Source of the DNA: Blochmannia endosymbiont of Camponotus modoc
Lineage (GTDB): Bacteria; Pseudomonadota; Gammaproteobacteria; Enterobacterales; Enterobacteriaceae
Assembly (NCBI RefSeq): GCF_023585785.1
Contig: NZ_CP097765.1
Span: 600,001 to 632,000 of the forward strand
Length of the DNA stretch: 32,000 bases
Direction of reading: 5' to 3'
The first letter of the stretch is position 1; every line of letters starts with the position of its first letter. The notes under the pieces are model-generated. The model was given only the letters and a program-made list of their open reading frames with translations, ran no database searches and was not told the origin of the DNA. The position numbers and the translations under genes were made by a program. Of this stretch, positions 1 through 10,481 are shown piece by piece.

Positions 1-21
1 AATGAATTTAAACGTTCTTGT

Positions 22-237
22 ATGCTACAAAGAAAAATAGAAATATTAATAAGAGAATTAAGAACTCAGCGAACTAATCACGGTCAAGCGTTATTTTTAT
101 TCGGTATTGGCGCAACATTAGTTACCAGCAGTATTTTCTTATACATACAGGATAAATATTTAAAAATTTTTTCTATTTTTTTATTTGTAATTGGAATTTT
201 TATTTGGACAATAGGTTGGAAACGTATCATACAATAA
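22..237 (+). CDS. Small hypothetical membrane protein (71 aa, two predicted TM segments)
   Basis: ORF with ATG start; hydrophobic stretches QALFLFGIGATLVTSSIFLYI and IFSIFLFVIGIFIWTIGW, charged N-terminus. No family recognised. Confidence 0.5.
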   Translation: MLQRKIEILIRELRTQRTNHGQALFLFGIGATLVTSSIFLYIQDKYLKIFSIFLFVIGIFIWTIGWKRIIQ

Positions 238-445
238 TAATATGTTATTACTGTCCAATTGAATTTTATTTCATAACACAAGTTTATTTGAGCAATTCCA
301 TGAAACATTTTATATTAAATGAATTCTGAAATATGATAATGTTAATTAATTCAATTATAACTTTAAAACTGTACTTCATGACAATTATACGATATTTTGT
401 AACATATATTGAATTATAACAACATTTAATGATTATTAACAGGAT

Positions 446-1909
446 ATGAAATATAAAGATTTACGTGATTTTATAAAAATCTTAGAACATAGGGGAGACT
501 TAAAAAGAATTAAATTTCCCATTAATCCTGATTTGGAAATAACAGAAATTGCTGATCGCACTATTAAATCTGGAGGTCCAGCGCTTTTTTTTGAAAATCC
601 TACAGGATATACAATACCTGTCCTTTGTAATTTATTTGGTACCCCGAATAGAATAGCTTTAGGAATGGGAAAAGAAAACATTTTATCTTTGCGTGATGTT
701 GGAAAATTACTTGCATTTTTAAGAGAACCGGAATTACCGACAGGAGTGCATGATTTTTTTTCTAAAATACCTCATTTTCGTCATATCTTACATATGCCGA
801 TTAAGCGTGTCAGTACAGCTCCGTGCCAAGAAAATGTTTGGTGTAATCAAGATGTAGATATCACACATATGCCAATAATGCGTTGCTGGCCTCAAGACGT
901 ATCTCCTATAATTACTTGGGGTATTACGATAACGCGCGGTCTAAAAAGTAAACGACAAAATCTTGGAATTTATCGTCAACAAGTGCTATCTAAAAATAAA
1001 ATCATTATGAGATGGTTATCTCATCGTGGTGGCGCATTAGATTTTCAAGAATGGCATAAAAATACTTCAGAGAGAAGATTTCCAATTACTGTAGCATTAG
1101 GCGCTGATCCAGCTACTTTAATAGGAGCGGTAGTTCCCATTCCTGATACACTATCCGAATATGCCTTTTCTGGTTTACTAAGAGGTTGTAGAACTGAAGT
1201 AATTAAATGCATTTCATGCGACTTAGACGTTCCAGCTAATTCTGAAATTGTATTGGAAGGATATTTAGAACGAGATGAAACAGCAATAGAAGGACCCTTT
1301 GGAGACCATACAGGATATTACAATACTACCGCTAAATTTCCAGTATGCACTATTACCCATATTACCCAACGGAACAATCCAATTTATCATTCTACGTATA
1401 CTGGTCGTCCACCAGATGAGCCTGCGATTCTTGGAATGGCAATGAATGAAATGTTCATCCCTATCATACAAAAGCAATTCCCAGAAATTACAGATTTTTA
1501 TTTACCTCCTGAAGGTTGCTCATATAGATTGGCTGTTGTAACTATAAAAAAACAATATATTGGACACGCTAAACGTATAATTTTTGGAATATGGTCTTTT
1601 TTGAAACAATTTATGTATACTAAATTTATTATCGTATGTGACGACGATATTAATGCTCGGGATTGGAATGATGTAGTATGGGCGATAACTACACGCCTGG
1701 ACCCTGATCGAGATATCATAATCGTAAAAAATACCCCAATTGATTATCTTGATTTCTCTAGCCCTATTTCTGGTTTAGGCTCTAAAATAGGTATGGATGC
1801 AACAAACAAATGGCCCGGGGAAACTGAAAGAGAATGGGGTATTCCAATTAAAATGCACGACACAGTACGACATTATATTGATAGTATTTGGGAAAAACTA
1901 GACATATAG
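446..1909 (+). CDS. ubiD: 4-hydroxy-3-polyprenylbenzoate decarboxylase UbiD
   Basis: 487 aa; [23 protein letters not shown]-terminus and [11 protein letters not shown] motif; near-full-length match to E. coli UbiD as recalled. Confidence 0.96.
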   Translation: MKYKDLRDFIKILEHRGDLKRIKFPINPDLEITEIADRTIKSGGPALFFENPTGYTIPVLCNLFGTPNRIALGMGKENILSLRDVGKLLAFLREPELPTGVHDFFSKIPHFRHILHMPIKRVSTAPCQENVWCNQDVDITHMPIMRCWPQDVSPIITWGITITRGLKSKRQNLGIYRQQVLSKNKIIMRWLSHRGGALDFQEWHKNTSERRFPITVALGADPATLIGAVVPIPDTLSEYAFSGLLRGCRTEVIKCISCDLDVPANSEIVLEGYLERDETAIEGPFGDHTGYYNTTAKFPVCTITHITQRNNPIYHSTYTGRPPDEPAILGMAMNEMFIPIIQKQFPEITDFYLPPEGCSYRLAVVTIKKQYIGHAKRIIFGIWSFLKQFMYTKFIIVCDDDINARDWNDVVWAITTRLDPDRDIIIVKNTPIDYLDFSSPISGLGSKIGMDATNKWPGETEREWGIPIKMHDTVRHYIDSIWEKLDI

Positions 1910-2166
1910 ACATAATATTTTACAATAAAAAAAATAATACAATTAAGTAAGATACACAAAATTAAACACATAGTAATATGATGGATTTTTTACAATAAAA
2001 ACAAAGGGATACACTGCAATTTATTATAAATAAATCACCGCATACATTATTTCTATATTAAAAAATAAATTTATATAAGATCTCTATTAATAACAACATA
2101 CAATCATTCACAAACGTTTTAAGTATAACGTTATAAACATGTCTGTAATGACATATTGTAACCACG

Positions 2167-2207
2167 AAAAATATCTATCTATATTTTACATATAGATAGA
2201 TATTTTT
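2167..2207. terminator. 17-bp perfect inverted repeat with 7-nt loop; A-tract/T-tract flanked, possible bidirectional terminator
   Basis: aaaaatatctatctata (2167-2183) - ttttaca - tatagatagatattttt (2191-2207); all 17 positions pair. Terminator function is inference. Confidence 0.4.
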
Positions 2208-2538
2208 AATGTAAATTTTTGTAGAAAATAAGCATATTCAATAATACTATATGTTATATAAAAAATATTTTATGACTAACAATGATACTAAATAGATAAA
2301 AATATTTTTTTATTTAATTATTATCTATACCTACTTGATATATCAATCATACACTCTATTAACTTGTAACAATCACACAAGCTCACATGTATATTACACA
2401 ATGTAATATATTACAACTAAAACGAACATCAATAATTAAATTAATTTTAATATTAACTAATTTAGAATAGTATTCTATCATAATATTACAATATTTATAT
2501 TTTTATATGAAATATTTATGTACTTATTAGGAGGGGGT

Positions 2539-3168
2539 ATGAAAAAATTGCATCTTATTTGGATAGTAATTTATTTGATATTTTCATGTAAAAGCATTTC
2601 ATCTTCAATTATAGAAGGAAGGCAATACATTCGACTAAATAAACCTATTCATAATGCACCTCAATTACTGGAATTTTTTTCTTTTTATTGTCCACATTGC
2701 TATCAATTTGAAGAAATTTATCATATTTCTAATAATATAGAACAAACATTGCCTAAAAATGTAAATTTTTATAAATATCATGTGAATTTTCTAGGTAATT
2801 TAGGAAAACAATTGACACATGCTTGGGCTGTAGCAATAGCATTAAGAATAGAAGATAGAATCAGTCCTATATTATTTACAGCGATACAAAAACAACAATC
2901 TATTCACACTGTGGAAGATATTCGTGAAATATTCATTAAATCTGGTGTCAATGCAGAAGAATTTGATATTACTTGGGATAGCGTATTAGTGAAATCTTTA
3001 ATTTTAGATCAGGAACAAGCAGCAATAAATTTTCGTTTGAGAGGAGTACCATCAATATTTATCAATGGGAAATATATGATAAAAAACGAGAAGTTAGATA
3101 TATCATCAGTTAACGCTTATATAAAACAATTTTGTGAGTTGCTAAATTTACTTATAGATAAAACGTAA
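2539..3168 (+). CDS. dsbA: Thiol:disulfide interchange protein DsbA
   Basis: FFSFYCPHCYQFEE active site, cis-Pro region RGVPSIFINGKYMI, N-terminal hydrophobic signal. ATG at 2539 follows an AGGAGGG ribosome-binding site (the track start at 2518 is upstream). Confidence 0.95.
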   Translation: MKKLHLIWIVIYLIFSCKSISSSIIEGRQYIRLNKPIHNAPQLLEFFSFYCPHCYQFEEIYHISNNIEQTLPKNVNFYKYHVNFLGNLGKQLTHAWAVAIALRIEDRISPILFTAIQKQQSIHTVEDIREIFIKSGVNAEEFDITWDSVLVKSLILDQEQAAINFRLRGVPSIFINGKYMIKNEKLDISSVNAYIKQFCELLNLLIDKT

Positions 3169-3362
3169 TCTTTACATATTCATTATATCATCATACTGGC
3201 ATATACAAGTATTTTATTTTTTATTGAAATTATTTTACGAAATGACTTCATTGATTTTATTATTTTGTTGTTTATAATAGCCTTATAGTTAATAGTTTTA
3301 CTAAGCAATAGTCTAATATTCTCTTGTCTTTTCTGTAAGATTAGTCATATATAAATGTCATT

Positions 3363-6173
3363 ATGATTACAATTATAAATAATCCGATAATTTTAGTGGA
3401 TGGATCTTGTTATATACACCGTGCGTATCATGCGTTTCCAGAATTAATCACTAGCGACGGAAAACCGGTGTGGGTAATATATGGAGTAATCAATATGATT
3501 AAAAGTCTATTGATACGATATCAACCTACTCACATGGTGGTTGTTTTTGATGCAATGGGAAAAACCTTTCGTAACAATTTATTTGAAAAATATAAAGCTA
3601 ATCGCATGAAAACCCCCAAGAATTTATATACTCAAATTGATCCATTATGTGAAATAATACAAGCCATGGGGTTACCAATTCTTAAGGTGCCTGACGTAGA
3701 AGCAGATGATGTGATAGGTACATTAGCTATATCTTGTGCGCGATCAGGAAATTCTGTGTTAATTAGTACGGGAGATAAGGATATGGCTCAAATAGTATCA
3801 TCTCAAATAACTCTTATTAATACTATGTCGAATATTATTTTTACTCCTAAAGAAGTAGAAAAACAGTTTGGAGTACCACCAACTCTAATAGCTGATTATT
3901 TAGCATTAATAGGAGATCGTTCTGATAACATTCCTGGAGTGCCTGGAATAGGAAAAAAAACTGCTCAGATTTTATTAAATAAAATAGGTAATTTAAAAGC
4001 ATTATATGATCATTTAGATAAAATTAGTCTATTAAATTTAGATTTACGCGGCGCTAGAGCAATACAAAACACATTACAAGCCAACAAAGAAGTAGCATTT
4101 CTTTCTTATAAACTGACGACTATTAAAACAGATGTATCTTTAAATATATCCGATTATCAACTGTTAATACAACAGATAAATATTAACACTTTGCAATTGT
4201 TATTTACACAGTATGAATTTAAAAATTGGTTAACAGATTTACAGTCAGGAACATGGCTGGATAAATATCACCATTTGAAACATGTACCATCACACCGACG
4301 GTTAAATAATACGCTTTTGTTTCAAAAAAATAATTTATTATCAGATTATTCCAAAGAAAAAAAAATTATCAAAATAATACATAATGTTGAAATGCTTTGT
4401 CATTGGATTGAAAAAATTGACGAATCCAAATTTTTTATATTTAGTATATATACAGATGTATTTAATGTTTCTACAGCCAATATCATAAGTATATGTTTAT
4501 CTATAGATGCTAAAGAAAGTGCGTATATTCCTATAAAAACTGATTCAGTTAATAATCATCAGAATTTTTTATATCTTGAAGAGATATTATCAATTTTGCA
4601 ACCAACTTTAGAAAATGAAAAAATAAAAAAAGTAGGCCAAAATTTAAAATTTAGTTATTCTGTCTTAAAGCGTTATAATATAAACTTAGCTGGCATGGCC
4701 TGTGATGTTATATTAGAATTATATGTACTGTATGGTACCGCTAATTATCATGATATTAAAAATTTTTTAGATAAAGACACATTTAACGCTGTTACGAATT
4801 TTAAAAAAAATTATGATAATTATAATGAAAATAATATAATTTCAGACCTACAAAATATACAATTACAATCTCTACATGCTGCTCAATTTATTAAATCCCT
4901 GTTCAATCTGCATCATACTTTATGGCCAAAGATAGAAGCAAATAATAAACTAAAAAAAATATTTGAAGAAGTAGAAATGCCTCTAATATCTATCCTATCA
5001 CGCATTGAAAGCTATGGCGTATTAATTGATAAAAAACTACTTAATACACATGCGGTAGAATTAGATTATCGGCTTCATGCATTAGAGCTAGAAGCGTATC
5101 AATTAGTAGGCACTCCTTTTAATCTTGCTTCAACTAAACAATTACAAGAAATATTATATAATCAGCAAAAATTGCCAATTTTAAAAAAAACTCCTAAAGG
5201 GGCTCCTTCAACTAATGAAGAGGTATTGAAAAAATTGTCAAAAAAATATTCAATGCCAAAAATCATTTTGCAGTATCGTGCTTTATCTAAATTACAATCT
5301 ACTTATATCAACAAATTAATCGCTATGATTAATAAAAAATCAAATAGGGTGCACACCTCATATAATCAAACTAGAACTTCTACAGGACGTCTTTCTTCTA
5401 CTAGTCCTAATTTGCAAAATATTCCAAATAGAAATTACGATGGAAGGAAAATACGTCAGGCTTTTATTGCTCCCAAAAATTTTTTAATTGTAGCGGCTGA
5501 TTATTCCCAAATAGAATTAAGAATTATGGCGCATCTTTCTCAAGATATCGAATTAATCAATGATTTTCTTTCTGAAAAAGATATTCATACTGCAACAGCT
5601 TCTGAAATCTTTGTTACTGCACTACACTCGGTTACTGATGAACAAAGACAACGAGCTAAAACTATTAATTTTGGATTAATTTATGGAATGAGCGCATTTG
5701 GATTAGCGCGTCAATTATCAGTAACATGTAAGGAAGCTCAAAAATATGTAGATCGTTATTTTAATCGTTATCCTGGTGTTATGAAATATATGCAACATAT
5801 TCGAGAGCATGCTAATAAATATGGTTATGTATCTACACTAGACGGACGAAAGTTATATTTACCAGATATTTACTCTGCTAATATTCTTCAAAAAAAAGGC
5901 GCTGAAAGAGCAGCGATTAATGCTCCTATGCAAGGGAGCGCTGCTGACATTATTAAGAAAGCAATGATATCTATTGATAATTGGTTACAAAAAGATGAAA
6001 TTCCAGCGCGTATCATTATGCAAGTACATGACGAATTAGTATTTGAAGTACACAATGATATTGTAGACCCTGTTGTAAAAAAAATTAAAAAATTAATGGA
6101 AGAATGTTTTATTATGGATGTACCACTAAAAGTAGATGTTGGTATTGGAAAGAATTGGGAGCAAGCACACTAA
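3363..6173 (+). CDS. polA: DNA polymerase I
   Basis: 936 aa; 5' nuclease domain (IILVDGSCYIHRAYHAFP, EADDVIGTLA, GDRSDNIPGVPGIG) and polymerase domain (ADYSQIELRIMAHLS, RAKTINFGLIYGMSAFGLARQL, MQVHDELVFEVH), ends NWEQAH. Confidence 0.98.
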   Translation: MITIINNPIILVDGSCYIHRAYHAFPELITSDGKPVWVIYGVINMIKSLLIRYQPTHMVVVFDAMGKTFRNNLFEKYKANRMKTPKNLYTQIDPLCEIIQAMGLPILKVPDVEADDVIGTLAISCARSGNSVLISTGDKDMAQIVSSQITLINTMSNIIFTPKEVEKQFGVPPTLIADYLALIGDRSDNIPGVPGIGKKTAQILLNKIGNLKALYDHLDKISLLNLDLRGARAIQNTLQANKEVAFLSYKLTTIKTDVSLNISDYQLLIQQININTLQLLFTQYEFKNWLTDLQSGTWLDKYHHLKHVPSHRRLNNTLLFQKNNLLSDYSKEKKIIKIIHNVEMLCHWIEKIDESKFFIFSIYTDVFNVSTANIISICLSIDAKESAYIPIKTDSVNNHQNFLYLEEILSILQPTLENEKIKKVGQNLKFSYSVLKRYNINLAGMACDVILELYVLYGTANYHDIKNFLDKDTFNAVTNFKKNYDNYNENNIISDLQNIQLQSLHAAQFIKSLFNLHHTLWPKIEANNKLKKIFEEVEMPLISILSRIESYGVLIDKKLLNTHAVELDYRLHALELEAYQLVGTPFNLASTKQLQEILYNQQKLPILKKTPKGAPSTNEEVLKKLSKKYSMPKIILQYRALSKLQSTYINKLIAMINKKSNRVHTSYNQTRTSTGRLSSTSPNLQNIPNRNYDGRKIRQAFIAPKNFLIVAADYSQIELRIMAHLSQDIELINDFLSEKDIHTATASEIFVTALHSVTDEQRQRAKTINFGLIYGMSAFGLARQLSVTCKEAQKYVDRYFNRYPGVMKYMQHIREHANKYGYVSTLDGRKLYLPDIYSANILQKKGAERAAINAPMQGSAADIIKKAMISIDNWLQKDEIPARIIMQVHDELVFEVHNDIVDPVVKKIKKLMEECFIMDVPLKVDVGIGKNWEQAH

Positions 6174-6311
6174 TATATCAATCTATATTAGGTCAATATA
6201 TTAAATATAATAAATACATGATTAATAACAATTGATTAGAATAATGCATTTATATAAATCATATGTTTTGAGATATGATACAGAGAGGACATGATAAATC
6301 GTAAAAATATA

Positions 6312-6911
6312 TTATCTTAACCAATTATCAAGGACTCTTTTTAATGAGTGTATTCCATATTTTTTGACAACAGAAAAAGGTTCGGCTTGTATATGTGTTT
6401 CAAACATCATCTGCATATCGTGCATTATTTTTTTAGATGTAACTTGCAAAATATTTCTAGAAATTTTATCTGATTTGCTCAATAAAGTAAAAATAGGAAC
6501 ATCTACGGAAAGCGCACTTTCAATTGTTTTTTGATCTAAATCCTTTATTGGATGCCTAATATCCATCATTAATATCAATCCTTTTAAATTTTCTCTTTTT
6601 TTTAAATATTCACATATCACGTCATGCCAGTAGTTTTTTCTTTTTTTTGTCTTTTTAGCATAACCATAGCCAGGAAAATCAATCAGACGAATACCCGGAC
6701 TGACCTCAAATAAATTAATAAGTTGTGTACATCCTGGTGTTTTACTTACTTTAGTTAATTTTTTTTGATAAGTTAACGCATTAATAGCACTAGATTTGCC
6801 ACTATTAGAATAACCAACAAAAGCTACTTCCATACCTATTTTTTCATTAGGTAAACAGTAAACTGCAGGTACGCTTATTAAAAAATAAGTAACATGATAA
6901 TCATGTATCAT
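6312..6911 (-). CDS. engB: Ribosome biogenesis GTPase EngB/YihA (YsxC)
   Basis: G1 GYSNSGKS, G3 DFPGYGYA, G4 SKSD; adjacent to polA as in E. coli. Confidence 0.95.
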   Translation of the reverse strand: MIHDYHVTYFLISVPAVYCLPNEKIGMEVAFVGYSNSGKSSAINALTYQKKLTKVSKTPGCTQLINLFEVSPGIRLIDFPGYGYAKKTKKRKNYWHDVICEYLKKRENLKGLILMMDIRHPIKDLDQKTIESALSVDVPIFTLLSKSDKISRNILQVTSKKIMHDMQMMFETHIQAEPFSVVKKYGIHSLKRVLDNWLR

Positions 6912-7102
6912 AAAATGGTAAATATGAAAATAAGTTTCTAAATTTATATAATTTATTTATTTAAATATTAAATCCTACAATAACTAGTTTTATATGAATA
7001 AAAAACAAATTGTTTTTATTCCTAATAAAAATTTTTGAATTACTATAATCAACAATAATATTGTTATATACGTATTTTTACATATTTTACAAAAAATTAT
7101 TT

Positions 7103-8530
7103 TTAAACACTATAATATAGATCAAATTCTACAGGATGTGGCGTAGTAGATACTAATCTACTGTCTTCTTGACACAATAAAATATATGTATTAATATATT
7201 CCTGGGTAAAGACGTTGCCTCGAGTTAAAAATTCATGATCCTCATATAAAGATTTTAATGCTTCGTCAAGAGATTTAGCCATATGCGGTATGGATAATGC
7301 TTCTTTTTCAGAAATAGCATATAAGTTTTTATCAACCGGATCTCCGGGATGAATTTTATTGATAATGCCGTCTAATCCAGCCATAAGCAATGCAGAAAAC
7401 GCTAGATAAGGATTAGCAGAAGGATCAGGAAAACGAACTTCAACGCGACATGCTACGTCGCCTTTTTGTGATTTTCCTAGAGATGATGGAATGCGAATCG
7501 CACTAGAACGATTACAAGCAGAATAAGTCAACATTACTGGAGCTTCATAATTTGGAACTAAACGTTTATACGAATTAGTAGTTGGATTGGTTATAGCATT
7601 TAATGCTTTAGCGTGACGCAAAATACCACCAATATAAAATAAAGCGATATCAGAAAGATTGCCATATTGAAGACCTGAAAATAAATTAGTATCTTTTTTA
7701 TGTAAGGATATATGGCAATGCATGCCTGACCCATTATCATTCATAATGGGTTTCGGCATAAAAGTTGCAGTTTTCCCAGCATTATGAGCAACATTGTGTA
7801 CTACATATTTATATATTTGTATTTCATCAGCTTTTTTAGTAAGAGTATTAAATCGAGTTGCTATTTCATTTTGACCCGATGTTGCAACTTCATGATGATG
7901 AGCCTCTACGATCAATCCCATTTTTTCCATTGTTAAAGACATAGTAGATCGCAAGTCCTGAGAAGAATCTATTGGAGGCACTGGGGCATATCCACTCTTT
8001 ATTCTAGGACGATGACCTTTATTTCCGTCTTTATAAATTTTACCACTGTTCCATGATGATTCTCGATCGTCAAGGATTACATAAGATCCTGATATTGTTG
8101 TTGCAAAATGAATACTGTCAAATAAAAAAAATTCTGGTTCAGGACCAAACATAACAATATCGGCAATACCAGAATTATACAAAAATATTTCTGATCGTTT
8201 AGCTATAGACCGTGGATCTCTATCATAATTTTTCATAGTACTAGGATCAATGATATCGCAACGAATAATGATTGTAGCATCTTCATAAAATGGATCTATC
8301 ACAAAGCTAGTAAGATCAGGCATTAATATCATGTCTGATTTGCTAACATCTTTCCACCCTTTAATGGAAGACCCATCAAAAATTTTTCCATGATTAAATA
8401 AATGATCATTAACCTGTGTTTTAGGGATAGTAATGTGTTGTTCTTTTCCTTTTGTATCAGTAAAACGTAAATCAACAAATTTTATTTGATTTTCGTTTAT
8501 AATAGAAAAAATTTTTTCAATATTTGTCAT
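7103..8530 (-). CDS. glnA: Type I glutamine synthetase
   Basis: 475 aa; [47 protein letters not shown]-like C-terminus ([15 protein letters not shown]); adenylylation-site-like NLY. Confidence 0.98.
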   Translation of the reverse strand: MTNIEKIFSIINENQIKFVDLRFTDTKGKEQHITIPKTQVNDHLFNHGKIFDGSSIKGWKDVSKSDMILMPDLTSFVIDPFYEDATIIIRCDIIDPSTMKNYDRDPRSIAKRSEIFLYNSGIADIVMFGPEPEFFLFDSIHFATTISGSYVILDDRESSWNSGKIYKDGNKGHRPRIKSGYAPVPPIDSSQDLRSTMSLTMEKMGLIVEAHHHEVATSGQNEIATRFNTLTKKADEIQIYKYVVHNVAHNAGKTATFMPKPIMNDNGSGMHCHISLHKKDTNLFSGLQYGNLSDIALFYIGGILRHAKALNAITNPTTNSYKRLVPNYEAPVMLTYSACNRSSAIRIPSSLGKSQKGDVACRVEVRFPDPSANPYLAFSALLMAGLDGIINKIHPGDPVDKNLYAISEKEALSIPHMAKSLDEALKSLYEDHEFLTRGNVFTQEYINTYILLCQEDSRLVSTTPHPVEFDLYYSV

Positions 8531-9277
8531 ATTTATACTCTCAGCTATTATATATCATATGATGATAATATTACTAAATAATGCGCTACAAAATACCATC
8601 TACTAAGGCTCTTGTGATTAACATTTTTCAAAACTTTATTTAATCAACATATTTGCATTGACATAATTACCAATGTTACATATGCATGTAATGCATTGAA
8701 TCAGATCTATTGATCTTTTATTAAAATTTAATTTTTAAAAATAACACTCATATCTTATATTACTATTATTTTAATAAATAATCTAATGTAATAAAAATAA
8801 AAAATACTTGTATGTATAACTATTATTAATCATTTTTTAATTATTTTTAATTCAACATAGAAAAAATGTCAGAAATTTAATTGTGCTAATATTTTTGTAT
8901 TATATACATCATGAATACCATGAGGTGTAATCGCACATACACATTTTTGTATAAATTTAAAAAATTAATAATCTTATACGAGTTATTATTTTGTTGATGT
9001 ATATCATGCAAAATGAACTTACATTACAAGTATCATTAGCCACATTAAAAATAGTTTGAGGACTTATACAATACATTATTTGTGGTAGGCTGTTACTTCT
9101 ATAAACAAGAAATTATACACATTATATCAATACTACAGATTTACATCAAAAGATGCAACAATCTTCAATTTTAATAAATTTTTTAATTTTTATTATTTTA
9201 AAGAGACTGTTGCTCCTGAATATCAATTTCATGGATCAAGCAATACTAATTTTTTTGATTGCATATGTAGTTGGTAT

Positions 9278-9469
9278 TTATTTTTTAGTAATTAAGTCTT
9301 CTTCTATTTCTCTGAGAGCAAGTACGGTATATTTATCATTATTATTTTTTGTAATCAACGTTTCTTTTCCACCAATTTGCATTTGCCGTGCACGTCGCGC
9401 GGCAACTAATATTAAATCAAATATATTACCAACTTTTTCTACAGCATCCTGTACAGTTATACGTGCCAT
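9278..9469 (-). CDS. rpoZ: RNA polymerase omega subunit (short form, 63 aa)
   Basis: [35 protein letters not shown]...[12 protein letters not shown]; conserved omega core, lacks the E. coli C-terminal tail. Confidence 0.95.
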   Translation of the reverse strand: MARITVQDAVEKVGNIFDLILVAARRARQMQIGGKETLITKNNNDKYTVLALREIEEDLITKK

Positions 9470-9570
9470 TTTTATTTACCGTGTATGTAGACTGTATTTA
9501 TTAGTTTAATTAAATTTATATTGATCGCAAACACACATACATATTTATGTATTTATATTTAATTTATTAT

Positions 9571-10212
9571 TTATATATCTGGCAATAATAAATGATCGAT
9601 TAATGTTGCGTAGCGTATTTTTTGATGCGCTATTCGCAATTGCTCGGATAACATAATTGACTGTAAATGTATCAAAGCAATATTAAAATTATCATTTATG
9701 ATAACATAATCATATTCTTTAAAATGGCTAATTTCGTCCATCGCTTGGTCCATGCGTGCGGCGATCACTGTTTCTGTATCTTCTCCTCTCAGATACAATC
9801 GATGTGCTAATTCTTTCTTTGATGGAGGCAAAATAAAAATAGTATAGATATTTTTTGATATTTTACTGCGAATTTGTTGCGCTCCTTTCCAGTCAATATT
9901 CAACACAATATGTATGCCAGCGTTTAACATCATTTCAATATTACTTTTTGCGGTACCATAATAATGATTAAAAATAATAGCATATTCAAAAAACATATTT
10001 TTATCGATCATATATTTAAATGCTTTTTCTGAAATAAAATAATAATCTTTTCCGTGTATTTCTCCAGGTCTTTTAGTACGTGTGGTATAAGAAATAGATA
10101 GTTTAGTTGGATAAACAAAGCGATCATATTGTATTACAGTTTGAATTAACGTAGATTTTCCTGTCCCACTAGGAGCGGATATAATACACAATATTCCTGA
10201 ATATTTCATCAT
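9571..10212 (-). CDS. gmk: Guanylate kinase
   Basis: P-loop SAPSGTGKST, SYTTRTKRPGEIHGKDYYF; upstream of rpoZ as in E. coli. Start may be the second Met. Confidence 0.96.
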   Translation of the reverse strand: MMKYSGILCIISAPSGTGKSTLIQTVIQYDRFVYPTKLSISYTTRTKRPGEIHGKDYYFISEKAFKYMIDKNMFFEYAIIFNHYYGTAKSNIEMMLNAGIHIVLNIDWKGAQQIRSKISKNIYTIFILPPSKKELAHRLYLRGEDTETVIAARMDQAMDEISHFKEYDYVIINDNFNIALIHLQSIMLSEQLRIAHQKIRYATLIDHLLLPDI

Positions 10213-10481
10213 AAAATAATCATATACATATTTGATTGCATAAATGACTAAGATTTATTACGTATGTTTTGAATAACTATATATTTGTCTCTAATTCATG
10301 TTAAACATTATTATTATATATTAAGATTGTTTTAATAGAAGATCCTCAATAAAACATTTTGTAATTTGATTACACTAAAGTATACATTGTTACTATCAAA
10401 TTACTAAAATTGTTAGTTCCACCGAGGACCTTATTTATGTTAATGAAAATCTATAGTGTAGTATGCGTGTATGTCGTATTG

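Noticed and set aside
84-308. 74-aa minus-strand ORF over the 71-aa membrane ORF
   Set aside because: Less plausible than the plus-strand ORF with its two-TM pattern, though neither has homology support.
436-681. 81-aa minus-strand ORF over the ubiD start
   Set aside because: Antisense to conserved UbiD N-terminus; no independent support.
1265-1719. Two minus-strand ORFs (70 and 73 aa) inside ubiD
   Set aside because: Antisense shadows of a conserved CDS; no recognisable domain.
1918-2001. Direct repeat ttttacaataaaaa (1918-1931 and 1988-2001)
   Set aside because: Low-complexity 14-mer, expected by chance in this composition; no regular spacing or further copies.
6174-6311. Possible Spot 42 (spf) sRNA between polA and engB, as in E. 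coli
   Set aside because: Spacer is only 138 nt of A+T-rich sequence with no resemblance to the spf consensus or its G+C-rich terminator hairpin.
9153-9509. 118-aa plus-strand ORF (MQQSSILINFLIFIILKR...)
   Set aside because: Antisense to and fully covering rpoZ, whose protein is clearly conserved; hydrophobic composition is typical of the complement of an A+T-rich gene.
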